Shown here: positions 23,065 to 34,785 of the stretch, one piece after another
Layout of the letters: each line of letters starts with the position of its first letter
Position numbering within the stretch: the first letter of the stretch is position 1
From: an uncultured delta proteobacterium
Lineage (GTDB): Bacteria > Myxococcota > Myxococcia > Myxococcales > Anaeromyxobacteraceae
Reading direction: 5' to 3'
Length of the DNA: 64,000 bases
NCBI GenBank assembly: GCA_963828255.1
Contig: CAWHDZ010000003.1
Location: 32,001-96,000, forward strand
Notes under the pieces: generated by a model
Seen by the model: the letters and a program-made list of their open reading frames with translations, nothing else
What the model was told of the DNA's origin: nothing
Databases searched by the model: none
Translations under genes and position numbers: made by a program

Positions 23065-23922
23065 ATGAGGAACCGGATCGCGTTCGCGCTGCTCCTCGCA
23101 GCCACAGCCTGCTGGGTCCCCGTCGAGAAGGGGCGCCAAATGGATGCCCGCATCCTGCGGCTGGAGGCGGAGAACACCGCCACCACGCAGCAGATCGAGG
23201 AGCAGCGGAACCTGGTCCGGGACCGCATCGCCCGGGTGGACCAGAAGATCGTCGAGGTCCAGAGGAAGCTCGACGAGCTCAACACCACCGCCCACCGCAG
23301 CGGCGCCGACGTGGTGGCCAACCAGGACCGGATGCAGGAATCGCTCACCCGCCTGGGAGGGCGGCTCGAGGAGCAGCAGCACCAGCTCCAGCTCTCCGAC
23401 CAGCGCCTGGCGGAGCTACAGTCGGACACCGAGGCCCGCTTCGCGGCGCTCAAGGGGGCCGGGGCGCTCGAGGACTACGAGGGGCGCAAGCGGGCCGAGG
23501 CCCTGAAGCGCCCCACGGACAAGTCCGAGTTCTACGCCCTCGCCATGCAGCAGGAGCAGGCCGGCGAGCGCGCCGTGGCCCGGCAGCTCTACGACGAGTA
23601 CGTGAAGAAGTGGCCCGCCGACCCGCGCGCAGCCGATGCCTGGTTCCGCATGGGAGAGATCTCCTTCGGCGAGAAGCGCTACCGCGAGGCGGTGCTCTCC
23701 TACGGGAAGGTGGCCCAGGACTTCCCCCGCTCCGACAAGGCGCCCGACGCCCTCTTCAGGACCGGGGAGGCCATGATGTCGCTCGACCTTCGCGACGACG
23801 CAAAGGCCATCTTCCAGGACGTGGCGAAGCGCTACCCCAAGACCACCGCAGCCAAGAAGGCGAGCGCCCGGCTCGCGGAAATGTCCAAGAGTTCCAAGAA
23901 GAAGACGCCCCCAAAGCAGTAG
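23065..23922 (+). CDS. cpoB: Tol-Pal protein YbgF/CpoB (coiled coil + TPR)
   Basis: Coiled coil, TPRs ending FPRSDKAPDAL...YPKTTAA; follows pal. Confidence 0.85.
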   Translation: MRNRIAFALLLAATACWVPVEKGRQMDARILRLEAENTATTQQIEEQRNLVRDRIARVDQKIVEVQRKLDELNTTAHRSGADVVANQDRMQESLTRLGGRLEEQQHQLQLSDQRLAELQSDTEARFAALKGAGALEDYEGRKRAEALKRPTDKSEFYALAMQQEQAGERAVARQLYDEYVKKWPADPRAADAWFRMGEISFGEKRYREAVLSYGKVAQDFPRSDKAPDALFRTGEAMMSLDLRDDAKAIFQDVAKRYPKTTAAKKASARLAEMSKSSKKKTPPKQ

Positions 23923-24016
23923 CCCGGTCGAGGCACTTGCATGTCGGGGCCGGTATGCGCAACTGTGTGGGTAGGGTCGTATGTAGGGGGGGGCGTCGAA
24001 GGGTGGGCCTGCGCAC

Positions 24017-24540
24017 ATGAACCGCGTTCCAATCGGACAGATCCTGGTCGAGAGAGGCTCCATCGACGGGCGTCAGCTGCGCGCGGGGCTCGACTGGCAG
24101 CGGCGTCGCGGCGGCCGGCTCGGGGGCGCCCTCGTGCACCTCGGCATGGTGGACGAGACCACGGTGATCACCGCGCTCGGCGTCCAGCTCGGGATCCCGG
24201 TGATCGACCTGGCCGGCCGGCAGATCGACCGCGATGTCCTCCGTCTCGTGCCCCGGTCGGTCATCCAGTCCCGTCGGGTGCTGCCGGTGGAGCTCCTCCA
24301 TGAGACGCGGCGCGGCCCGCTGGTCGTCGCCACGAGCGACCCGCTCGACATACCGGCGCTCGACGAGGTGGCCTTCGTGTCGGGGAAGCTGGTTCGCCCC
24401 GTGCTGGCGTCGAAGGCCCAGATCGACGTCGCCATCGCCCGGCTCCTGGGGATCGGTCGCCCGGACGCCCTCGACCTGCCGCCCGAGCCGCTCGAGGAGA
24501 TGGAGCTGGTGGAGCAGATGCGGCCGCAGCGTTTCTGGAA

Positions 24541-24544
<4 letters not shown>
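24017..24544 (+). CDS. stand-alone MshEN / GspE N-terminal domain protein
   Basis: IGQILVERG...L..Q....RLGGALVHLG; LVVATSDP. Confidence 0.85.
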
Positions 24545-26190
<1,646 letters not shown>

Positions 26191-26260
26191 GATTGCACCC
26201 GAGCCTATGCGAGGAACGGGCCGGGTCGACAGGCCCCGGATCGGGCGCGGGGCCGCGCGC

Positions 26261-26656
26261 TCATTTCCTGAGGAAGTCGCCGAGTTGCCGGTCGCTGTGG
26301 GCGATGTGGGTGTTCAGCCACAAGTCCAGGAATCCCAGCAACACGGCGATCATCTCTGCCGAGTCACCTTCGGAATCCCACTGCGGCACGAGGGACCTGA
26401 ACCTGCGCTTCACGTAGGTGTGCTCCTGGACATGTTGAGCCAGACGCGGGTAGCGGGCGTCCCGCATCAGCTTCTCCTCGGTGAGGAAGTGCTCGACGGC
26501 GCGATCCGCGATGGACGCCAGCAGCGCCCGCAAGCGATCGTGCCCTTCACGCGCCTTGGCCGCAGCCTCGAACCTGGCCGCCGCCTCGAACAGGCCCAGG
26601 TGCTGGGCGTCGATCTCGGGGACTCCGGTGGCCATCTCTGGGGTCCACTTGAACAC
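26261..26656 (-). CDS. bacteriohemerythrin
   Basis: W....TGVPEIDAQH, HFLTEE, HVQEH, WLNTHIAHSD iron ligands; GTG start inferred. Confidence 0.9.
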   Translation of the reverse strand: MFKWTPEMATGVPEIDAQHLGLFEAAARFEAAAKAREGHDRLRALLASIADRAVEHFLTEEKLMRDARYPRLAQHVQEHTYVKRRFRSLVPQWDSEGDSAEMIAVLLGFLDLWLNTHIAHSDRQLGDFLRK

Positions 26657-26954
26657 CCGGCGATTGTCGCATCTCGAGCGTGCGATGGGCGACATGCCGG
26701 GAAGCCAGGGGCGAGCTCGAGCCACGCGTACGCCCCTGCCAGGGTCACCCGGCCAAGTCACCCCAACAAGCGTGGCCCCAGGGGGTTGTGGCAGCATTTC
26801 CGGAGGAGGAATCTCTCCCGCAGGGGGGAGCCTTGATGCCCGCTGGTCCGGCGAGAGCCGAAGACCGCGAACGCCGACGACGTCGGCGCGCCCTCCCCGC
26901 CAGCCCTCACACGGGCGCCTCGGCGGCCCGCTCGCCCAGCAGGAGGAATGCGCG

Positions 26955-29711
26955 ATGGAGACACTCGTGAAGGCCGGTCTTGGAATTCTTGCAACCCTGA
27001 CCTTCCTCCTCTCTGCCTCCGGCTGCGGCAGTTCCTCGTCCGGCCCGTCCAGGTGCGACGGCGTCACCTGCTCGGCGAGCGACCAGTGTCACCTCCCTGG
27101 CGTCTGCGACCCGGCGACCGGGTCCTGCTCCAACCCGGCCAAGGCAAACGGAGCCACCTGCGATGACGCCAACGGCTGCACCGTCGCGGACGCCTGTCTC
27201 GCCGGCGCCTGCGCTGGTGGGGCCTCCCGGGCATGCCCCGCGACCGATCAGTGCCACGTCGCCGGGGTCTGCGAGATCGCCACCGGGACCTGCACGAACC
27301 CACCCAAGGTCGACGGGGCCTCGTGCGACGATGTGAACGCATGCAGCACGGTGGATTCCTGTCGGGCGGGCACGTGCGTCGGTGGCGGGTTCGTGTCCTG
27401 CGCGGATCCGGGCCCCTGCCTCGAAGCCGGAACCTGCGGACCCTCGACCGGCACGTGCGCCTACGTTCCGAAGCCCGACGGCACGCCCTGCACCATCGCC
27501 AGTGCCTCACCCGGAACCTGCAAGACGGGCATCTGCACGGAGGGGACGCAGGCCTTCGGGTACACGGCGGAGGCGGATCGGCGCGTGGAGGCCATCGTGC
27601 CTCCCGAGGGTGGCACGGTCGCGGCCTCCTCCTCGTCGGGGGTGGGTTATTCCTTGGAGGTACCCGAAGGAGCGCTCGATGCGCCGATGCACCTCACCGT
27701 CACGCCCGTGACGAGCTTCACCGGGCTCCCGGTGTCCGGGCCTCTCGTCGCCGCCGTCCACTTCGAGCCGAACGGGCTGGGCTTCTTCCGGCCCGCTCGG
27801 GTCCGGGTCCCTGGCATCGCGGCGGGAGGCGGCGCCCGCCTTCGAGCCTTCGTGATCTCGGACGACGGGGGGACCGTCGATCAGGTTCCCTTCGAGGTCT
27901 CTGGGATCGACCTCGTCATTCCCCTGGCCCACTTCTCGAACGTCGCCGTCTTCGGAGGAGCCGCCGTCGAGACCGCCTGGTGCAGCGGCACGGCGTCCTT
28001 CGAGCAGTGGCTGGCGGCGCTCCCGGACTGGACCACCCCCGCGAACAGAGCGCAGGGCGTCGTGGCCACACTCCAGGCCTGGCTCAACGACTGCAACCCC
28101 GCCGATGATCCTTCGGGCTTCCCGAGCTACCAGTACGTGGCCCAGCAGTACGTCTCGGAGATGTGGCTCTGGCACCGGGACATCATCGCCCGGCTCGACA
28201 GGGACACCGTGAACACGGGCCATTACTCGGACCCGGACCTCGCCGAGTTCAACCTCTGGCGCAACCAGAGCCTGAGTCGAGGCTGGCAGGAGTTGCTGGT
28301 GGCCGCCAACCACGACGACACCGTGTTCGACCCGATGGCGGAGCTGGGGTACGCCAAGATCGGCCAACTCCTCGAAGCCCGCTTCGCGAGCCATGAGCTC
28401 ACCTGCATCAACTCCGGCGCGCAGGCCTACGACTGGGGCACCTGGAACGACATCTACGCGGCCTGCAACTACGAGGGCTCGAGCGACCCGATCGCAGGAA
28501 GAGTCCTCTTCGGAGAGGCCAGCAAGCTCATGAGCCTCAAGCGTTGCGGCACCGTCGGGCTGGAACTGGAGCCAAGGGACACCACCCTGGCGCCAGGGCT
28601 GACGGCGCAGCTCTGGGTCAACCGGATTGCCTGGGACGGGACGCGCATCCCCGAGGCCAGGGCCTCGATGACGGTGCCGATGCCGATCCACTGGGACGCC
28701 ATGGGCCCACCCTCCTCGCCCAGTCCCGTCGCCGTCGATCAGTTCGGCCGGGTGACCGCGACCTCCGTCGGTGAGGCCACGGTTCACGCGGCCCACTTCG
28801 GGCCCGGCGGCGTCAAGCTGCTCTCCACCTCGGTGCCCGTGGTCGTGAAGGACCTGGCCATCGACGTGCAGCCCGCGGCCCTCGCGCTCCGAAGGGGCGA
28901 GCCGGCCTCGCTCCATGCGACCTTCAAGGATGCGAGCACCCAGCCCTCCTGCGAGTTCCAGTGGTTGAGCAGCAACGTGGGCGTCGCAACCGCGGCGGGC
29001 CAGCCTGCCGGTGCCCCCGACGCCGAGGTCACCGCCTCGTCATCCGGGACCGCCAACATCACCGCGGTCTGCGGAGACGCGATCGGGCTCGCGAAAGTGG
29101 TCGTTTACAGCGCGATCCGCGTGACGCCCGAGCTCGCCTGCGTCGGGGTCGGAGGGACCACGCAGCTCAGCGCCTTCGCGCTCGACATGGCCGTGAGCGC
29201 ATCGGTCGCGTGGACCGCCTCTCCGGAGATCGTATCGATCGTCGACGGGACCACCACCGGTCTCGCCGAGGGCCGCACCGTCGTCACGGCCAAGCTCGGT
29301 GGGGGAACCGACGCCCTCAGCGCGACCGCGAGACTGCTGGTGACGCCCGTCCCCATCTGCGGCACGTGGGACCTGTTCTTCACGGAGTATGGACTGCAGC
29401 CAAAGGCCTACACGCGCTTCTTCAGGCGAGTCGTGGACCTCCAGCCCGACTGGGCCGTCCCTGGCCAGTTCGTCGCCGAGGTGGTGAGCTTGTTCGGCGG
29501 CCGGTTCCCGGTCGTCGTGAGCGGCGATTCGGTCTCCTGGTCGACCATCTACTGGGACGAGGCGGTATGGATCTGCGAGGACTTCCTCGGCGCCTTGACT
29601 CCGACGGGTGAAGTGACGGGCCGGTCCGAGTGGACGTGGCACGACACCGCTGATTGCACGTCGGAATCGACGGGCTCCGGCTTCTCGGTCTACGGCGGGT
29701 TCCTCCGGTAG
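26955..29711 (+). CDS. large lipoprotein: Cys-rich repeats, ZU5-like domain, Ig-like (Big_2) repeats
   Basis: RBS AGGAGG, lipobox ASGC, CDD.N.CT..D.C repeats, PEGG..EVPEGAL...FEPNGL.F...HFS, G.VTA...G.A.V Ig repeats. Confidence 0.8.
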   Translation: METLVKAGLGILATLTFLLSASGCGSSSSGPSRCDGVTCSASDQCHLPGVCDPATGSCSNPAKANGATCDDANGCTVADACLAGACAGGASRACPATDQCHVAGVCEIATGTCTNPPKVDGASCDDVNACSTVDSCRAGTCVGGGFVSCADPGPCLEAGTCGPSTGTCAYVPKPDGTPCTIASASPGTCKTGICTEGTQAFGYTAEADRRVEAIVPPEGGTVAASSSSGVGYSLEVPEGALDAPMHLTVTPVTSFTGLPVSGPLVAAVHFEPNGLGFFRPARVRVPGIAAGGGARLRAFVISDDGGTVDQVPFEVSGIDLVIPLAHFSNVAVFGGAAVETAWCSGTASFEQWLAALPDWTTPANRAQGVVATLQAWLNDCNPADDPSGFPSYQYVAQQYVSEMWLWHRDIIARLDRDTVNTGHYSDPDLAEFNLWRNQSLSRGWQELLVAANHDDTVFDPMAELGYAKIGQLLEARFASHELTCINSGAQAYDWGTWNDIYAACNYEGSSDPIAGRVLFGEASKLMSLKRCGTVGLELEPRDTTLAPGLTAQLWVNRIAWDGTRIPEARASMTVPMPIHWDAMGPPSSPSPVAVDQFGRVTATSVGEATVHAAHFGPGGVKLLSTSVPVVVKDLAIDVQPAALALRRGEPASLHATFKDASTQPSCEFQWLSSNVGVATAAGQPAGAPDAEVTASSSGTANITAVCGDAIGLAKVVVYSAIRVTPELACVGVGGTTQLSAFALDMAVSASVAWTASPEIVSIVDGTTTGLAEGRTVVTAKLGGGTDALSATARLLVTPVPICGTWDLFFTEYGLQPKAYTRFFRRVVDLQPDWAVPGQFVAEVVSLFGGRFPVVVSGDSVSWSTIYWDEAVWICEDFLGALTPTGEVTGRSEWTWHDTADCTSESTGSGFSVYGGFLR

Positions 29712-29778
29712 CGGATTCGGGCTCGAGCATCGTGTTCACTCGCCGATGCGCGTTGCCCGAGATCAGGACCGGGGCCGG

Positions 29779-30600
29779 TCACCCCGCCACGAGCTGATCG
29801 AACGCGTCCCCGCCCCGCAGGGGATCGAACACCGGGTCCGAGGAGAGCCACCCCCGGACCTTCTCCCCGTCCACCTCGAGCGCCTTCCGGAGCGGCGCGA
29901 GCGCCTCGGCGCCACGCCCCCACTGGGCGTACAGCGAAGCCAGGTCGTAGTTCACCACCGCGTCGTCGGGCTTCAGGGTCCGCGCCTTCTCGTAGGCCCG
30001 CTCCGCCTCGGCGTAGAAGCCCTTCTGCGCGTAGCAGAGCCCCAGGTCGAGGTGGATCTCGAAGCTCTCCGGCTCGAGCCGCGCCGCCTCCCGCAGGTGC
30101 CCGATGGCGGTCCGGTAGTCCCCCTCGTCCATGAGGAGGCTCGCCAGCTCGTGGCGCGCCATGGAGTCCTCGGGAGCGAGCCGGACGGCCACCGCGAGCT
30201 CCTTCAGCCCTTCCTGGGCGCGCCCCATGTCGGCGAGCGCCAGTCCGAGCTCCAGGTGAGCCTCGGCGTGCTCCGGGTCGGCGGCGATGGCCTCGCGGTA
30301 CTCGGCCTCGGCCATCTCGAGGGCGTGGGTGGCCAGGAACGACGCCAGGGTGAACCGGGCTCCGGGGCTCTCCGGCTCGACCTCGACGGCCTTGAGATGC
30401 GAGAGCAGCGCCTCCCGCCAGCGCTTCCTGCGGGCGTGGAGCATGGCCAGGTTCTCGTGCGGGTGGGCCGAGGCCGGGTCGAGGGCGATGGCCTTGTGGA
30501 ACTCCTTCTCGGCCTCCTCGAGCCAGCCGCGGTCGGCCAGCTCGATGCCCCGCTCGTTGTGCTGATTGGCCTGGGTCGGCCTGTCCCCGTCTTGCGCCAC
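29779..30600 (-). CDS. tetratricopeptide repeat protein
   Basis: Successive TPRs (A...P...H.NLA etc.); GTG start inferred. Confidence 0.88.
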   Translation of the reverse strand: MAQDGDRPTQANQHNERGIELADRGWLEEAEKEFHKAIALDPASAHPHENLAMLHARRKRWREALLSHLKAVEVEPESPGARFTLASFLATHALEMAEAEYREAIAADPEHAEAHLELGLALADMGRAQEGLKELAVAVRLAPEDSMARHELASLLMDEGDYRTAIGHLREAARLEPESFEIHLDLGLCYAQKGFYAEAERAYEKARTLKPDDAVVNYDLASLYAQWGRGAEALAPLRKALEVDGEKVRGWLSSDPVFDPLRGGDAFDQLVAG

Positions 30601-30651
30601 GGGCGGGAGTCTACTCCAATGGGGACCCGGGGCCGCCCCGGGAAAGGCGCC

Positions 30652-31128
30652 ATGAGAATCCCCCGGAACGTCGCCATCTTCGTCGTGGGCGCCCTCGTCG
30701 CGCTGGCCTGCCTGGTCGTCATCCGGTCGCTGCGGGAGGGTCCGACCGACGAGGAGCAGATCCGCGCCATCTTCGAGGAGGGCGCGCGCGCCGTGGAGGA
30801 GAAGCGCCCCGCCGACGCCATGGCCGGGGTGAGCGAGCGCTTCCAGGGCGAGGGGATGGGGCACCGCGAGCTGAAGCAGTTCATCACCTTCCAGACCCTG
30901 CGCGGCTCCTGGAACGCGGTGGTGCCCGTGGCGGAGAAGGTGGAGGTGACGGGCGACCAGGCCGAGGCGGTCCTGGAGGTCGTCCTGGCCCGCGGCGCGA
31001 AGGGGGAGGGCGTGCTGGGACGGCTGCCGGAGAATGGCGACGTCTGGCGCGTCGAGGCGACGCTCGCCCGGGAGAAGGGCGGGTGGAAGGTGGTCTCGGC
31101 CCGCTGGAGTCCTACAGGCCGGAGATGA
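30652..31128 (+). CDS. membrane-anchored NTF2-like hypothetical protein
   Basis: N-terminal TM, TDEEQIRAIF..., C-terminal EKGGWKVVSARW. Confidence 0.7.
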   Translation: MRIPRNVAIFVVGALVALACLVVIRSLREGPTDEEQIRAIFEEGARAVEEKRPADAMAGVSERFQGEGMGHRELKQFITFQTLRGSWNAVVPVAEKVEVTGDQAEAVLEVVLARGAKGEGVLGRLPENGDVWRVEATLAREKGGWKVVSARWSPTGRR

Positions 31129-31576
31129 TCTTCCAGTCCTGCCCGTCGCGCTGGAACAGGAGTCGCTGGATGTCGGTGTCGCGCTTGGGGATCTCGTGGC
31201 GCGGCGTCATCACCCGGTACTTGGCGTCGTAGAAGAGATCGGCCTGCCCCTTGTTGCCGTTCACGATGATCTCGGTGATGCCGAACTCGATGCGCACCTG
31301 GGTGATGCGCGAGAAGGTGTCGCGGAGGACCCCCGGGAGCGCCTTGTGGTCCACGTCGTCCGACGGGTCCACGGTGCCGGAATCGTCGTAGTAGTAGGGA
31401 GAGACGAGGGCCATCACCGCGTCGGTGTTGCGGGTGTCGAAGGCCTTCCGGTAGGCGTCGACGACGGCGATGATGGCGCGGTTGTCGGGGGTGTCCCGGA
31501 TCTCGGTGTTGGGGAGGTTCTTGGCACAGGCGGCCGCGGAGAGCGCGGCCACGATGACGAACGACGGGAATCGCAT
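31112..31576 (-). CDS. NTF2/SnoaL-like lipoprotein
   Basis: Lipobox AAAC; YRKAF..RN.DAVMALVS..Y; DGQDWKIISGL. Confidence 0.8.
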   Translation of the reverse strand: MRFPSFVIVAALSAAACAKNLPNTEIRDTPDNRAIIAVVDAYRKAFDTRNTDAVMALVSPYYYDDSGTVDPSDDVDHKALPGVLRDTFSRITQVRIEFGITEIIVNGNKGQADLFYDAKYRVMTPRHEIPKRDTDIQRLLFQRDGQDWKIISGL

Positions 31577-31679
31577 CCGCCCGTCAAACCACGGCGTGCC
31601 CCGGCAGTCAATCGGCGGCGAACCGCGCGCGCCGCGCCTTGCCCCGCCCCGGGAAGCGCTCCCGGATTACACTGCGGAG

Positions 31680-32138
31680 ATGACCGATCCAAGCGCACAG
31701 GCCCTGGCCCGCTTCTTCGAGACCTCGCCCGCGGCGCGGAAGGCGACGAGGCCGCTGGCCCGCGACGCGAAGGTCGCGCTCTCGCTCGCGTCGGGCCCGG
31801 CCAGGTTCTCGATGGCGGGCGGGGAGGGGCGCGTCGAGGAGGGCGCCGAGCCCGACGCCGACTTCACCCTCACGCTCCCCGAGGAGGCGGTGAGGCAGCT
31901 CACCGGGATCGCCGGGGACGACGTGGGCGAGTTCGGCATCGCCTTCTTCAAGCTGCTCCTGGCGCGCGAGCCGGAGAAGCGGGTGCGCGTGCAGGTCCAC
32001 GCCTCCACGGCGCGGCTGGTCTCGCACGGCTACCTGGGCGTGCTGGCGTCGGGCGGCGCCAAGGTGGGCTGGTGGCTCCTCAAGAATGGGGTCCGGAACC
32101 CGAAGGCGGCCATCGACCGGCTGCGCGGCGGGAAGTAG
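31680..32138 (+). CDS. hypothetical protein, SCP2-like
   Basis: G.VEEGA.PDADFTLTL pattern; GC3-rich codons. Confidence 0.6.
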   Translation: MTDPSAQALARFFETSPAARKATRPLARDAKVALSLASGPARFSMAGGEGRVEEGAEPDADFTLTLPEEAVRQLTGIAGDDVGEFGIAFFKLLLAREPEKRVRVQVHASTARLVSHGYLGVLASGGAKVGWWLLKNGVRNPKAAIDRLRGGK

Positions 32139-32143
32139 CGGGG

Positions 32144-34375
32144 TCAGCGCCCGCAGCGCCGCGAGGCGTGCCGGGCCCGCACGCGGTCGGCCTCGCGGTC
32201 GGCGTCCCGCTCGACCCGCGACCAGGCCTCCCGGGCCCCGGCCACGTCGCCCAGGCGGCAGCGCGCGGCGGCCAGCGAGGAGAGGGCCTCGACCCGGAAG
32301 GCGACCGAGGGCAACTCGCCCTCGAGCGCCCGCTCGAGGAGCGGCACCGCGGCGGCCGCGTCTCCCCGGGAGGCGGCGTACCGTCCCGCCAGGTAGGGGC
32401 CAAGGGGGTCGCTGGATGCGGCCAGCGCGGGCATCACCGCGTCGGCCCCGGCCGTCCCCAGGAACCACGGCGCGGCCGCGCCGAGCGTGGGGCCCGTCGC
32501 CGCCGCGACCTTGGTGGTGAGCAGCCGGGAGCGCGCCCGGTCGGGGTGGAGCGCCAGCGCCTCGCGGTAGCGCGCCGCCGCGCCGGGCCCGTCCCCGGAG
32601 CGCCAGGCCAGGTCCCCGCGGGATTCGAGCAGGACCGAGCGCAGGGCAGGGGAGCCCTCACCGAGCGCCGAGAGGGCCTCGGCGTAGGCCGCGTCGGACG
32701 CCGCCGGGTCGCTCCCCCGCAGCGCGTCGCCCAGCCCCCTCAGGTCCGACGGGTCGCCGGAGAGGCGCGCGGCCCGCCGCCAGAGGAGCGCCGCCGCCGC
32801 AGGGTCGCCGCGCCGCTCGGCGGTCCGGGCCCCGGCCTCGAGACCGGCCGTCTCCCGGGCGCAGCGCCGCCCGAGGAGCCCGGAGGGGCGAAAGCGGGCC
32901 TCGGCCGCCACCAGGAGTTCCGGGGGGACATGCATCCCGTCGAGGAAGGCGTGCCATTCCGCCTCCAGCCGCCCGATCGGCGCCCCGAAGGCCTCGGCGA
33001 AGGGCGTGCCGGCGTAGGCGCGGAGCAGCGGTCCCGGGCCGCGCCGCTCGAGGAGGAAGGCGAGGAAGCTTCCCGACGCCCCGTAGGCCCTGGCCGCCGG
33101 GGCCGAGTAGAAGCCGGCCGGCTCGACCAGGCTCGCCGCCGCGGGGAGCAGTCCCAGATCCTTCATGGCGCGGGCCCACTCGTGCGCGGTCCACTCGCCG
33201 CGCGGGATCTCGAGCGCCACGGCCAGCCCCTCCACGAGCCCCGCGTCCACCAGCACGCCGTGCCGCGCCGGGACGCCGAGCGGCCCACCCGCCACCGCTC
33301 CCCCCACCGCGTGGACGATCTCGTGGCGCAGGGCCGGCGGTCCCCCCGGCGCGTCGAGGACCTGGATCTCGGCGAGCCAGGGCTTGGTGAACTCGGTCCG
33401 CCCGGCGCCGACGAGACGCCGCTTCTCCTCCTCGGACCGGTGGACCCACACCTTCACCAAGGGTGGATGGGCCACGCCCAGGGCCGCCGCCACCTCGGCG
33501 GCGTCGGCCTCGCAGTCGCGGAGGAGCCGCTCGGCCTCGGCGGCCGGCTTCTCCCGGGGGAAGTGGAGGTCGCAGCGGGCGCCCGTGCGCCTGCCGCCCA
33601 GGACCCGGTCCATTCCGGCTCGGGTGGCGAGGTCTCCGGTGCGCGCGCCCTCCACGCGGACGGCGGTCACGGCCAGGAGGGCCAGCACCACCACGGCGAG
33701 CCCGGCCGGCGACCGGGCGGGCGGGGTGCGGCGCCGCGCCGCGGCCACCGTGGCGGCCCCCACCATCGCCGCGGTCCAGGCCAGGGTGGCGAGCCGGAAG
33801 AGCACGAGCCGCCGGTCGAGGGCCAGCGCCTCGTCGTAGATCGGGCCGGGCCAGACGCCGAGGAACGGGTCGAGCAGGTAGGACGCAGGGCCCAGCCAGC
33901 CCTCGAGGAGCGTGGCCGAGAGCGAGGCCAGCAGTCCCGCCAGGTAGAGCCCGGCGGAGGGAATCCCGCGACCGCCGCCGATGGTCCCGGCGAGCACCCC
34001 CAGCGCGGCGGCGGCGAGCGCCGAGGGGAGGGCGACCGCCGGCACGAAGGCGAATCCGTAGACGGGGCTGCACGGCGTGAGGAGCGCGGTCCGCAGGGCG
34101 GCGCCGCCCACCAGCGCGCCCTGGAGGAGCGCCACCCGGACGGCCGCCCCGGCGAAGGCCCGCGGGGCCGACGGGTGCGCCCGGGCGAGCTCGCGCCGCG
34201 CCGCCGCGACGCCCAGCGGCCCGCCGAGGAGGACGGCGAGGAGGGCCGCCGCCATCCCCAGCTCCCAGCCCGGGGCCTCGAGGAGCGGGAGCCCGGCCAG
34301 GCGGAACCCCAGCGCGGCCAGCAGGCCCGCGCCGGCCGCCGAAAGGACGATTCGCCCCCTTCGACTATCGGTCAA
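32144..34375 (-). CDS. membrane protein with HEXXH (gluzincin-like) domain and TPRs
   Basis: Multiple N-terminal TMs, LRHEIVH...EGLAVA, C-terminal helical repeats. Confidence 0.75.
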   Translation of the reverse strand: MTDSRRGRIVLSAAGAGLLAALGFRLAGLPLLEAPGWELGMAAALLAVLLGGPLGVAAARRELARAHPSAPRAFAGAAVRVALLQGALVGGAALRTALLTPCSPVYGFAFVPAVALPSALAAAALGVLAGTIGGGRGIPSAGLYLAGLLASLSATLLEGWLGPASYLLDPFLGVWPGPIYDEALALDRRLVLFRLATLAWTAAMVGAATVAAARRRTPPARSPAGLAVVVLALLAVTAVRVEGARTGDLATRAGMDRVLGGRRTGARCDLHFPREKPAAEAERLLRDCEADAAEVAAALGVAHPPLVKVWVHRSEEEKRRLVGAGRTEFTKPWLAEIQVLDAPGGPPALRHEIVHAVGGAVAGGPLGVPARHGVLVDAGLVEGLAVALEIPRGEWTAHEWARAMKDLGLLPAAASLVEPAGFYSAPAARAYGASGSFLAFLLERRGPGPLLRAYAGTPFAEAFGAPIGRLEAEWHAFLDGMHVPPELLVAAEARFRPSGLLGRRCARETAGLEAGARTAERRGDPAAAALLWRRAARLSGDPSDLRGLGDALRGSDPAASDAAYAEALSALGEGSPALRSVLLESRGDLAWRSGDGPGAAARYREALALHPDRARSRLLTTKVAAATGPTLGAAAPWFLGTAGADAVMPALAASSDPLGPYLAGRYAASRGDAAAAVPLLERALEGELPSVAFRVEALSSLAAARCRLGDVAGAREAWSRVERDADREADRVRARHASRRCGR

Positions 34376-34401
34376 GGGCTCCCCCGGGCTAGCATGCGCC
34401 G

Positions 34402-34785
34402 GTGAGCCAGGAACGCCGCGAGCACGCCAGGAAGCCCGTGGAGTTGCAGGTCGCCTACGAGAAGCTGAACGCCTTCTTCGCCGACTACACGCGGAACATC
34501 TCCAAGGGCGGCACCTTCATCCCGTCCCGGCGCTCGCTGCCGCTCGGCACCGCCTTCCGCTTCCGGCTCGTGGTCCCGGGGCGGGCGGTCCCGTTCGAGC
34601 TCGAGGGGATCGTGGTCCGCAACGGGAACGACGGCGACGAGTCCGGCGTGGGGATCCAGTTCCGCTGGAGCGACGAGGAGCGGCGCCGCGCGTTCGAGCA
34701 GGCGGTGGAGGAGATGATGACCGAGAGCTTCGGCCCGGTCGTGGCGCGGCAACTGCTCGACCATGGAGGCGAGGGCGATCACTGA
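34402..34785 (+). CDS. PilZ-domain protein (TIGR02266 family)
   Basis: RREHAR (RxxxR) and NISKGG motifs. Confidence 0.9.
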   Translation: MSQERREHARKPVELQVAYEKLNAFFADYTRNISKGGTFIPSRRSLPLGTAFRFRLVVPGRAVPFELEGIVVRNGNDGDESGVGIQFRWSDEERRRAFEQAVEEMMTESFGPVVARQLLDHGGEGDH

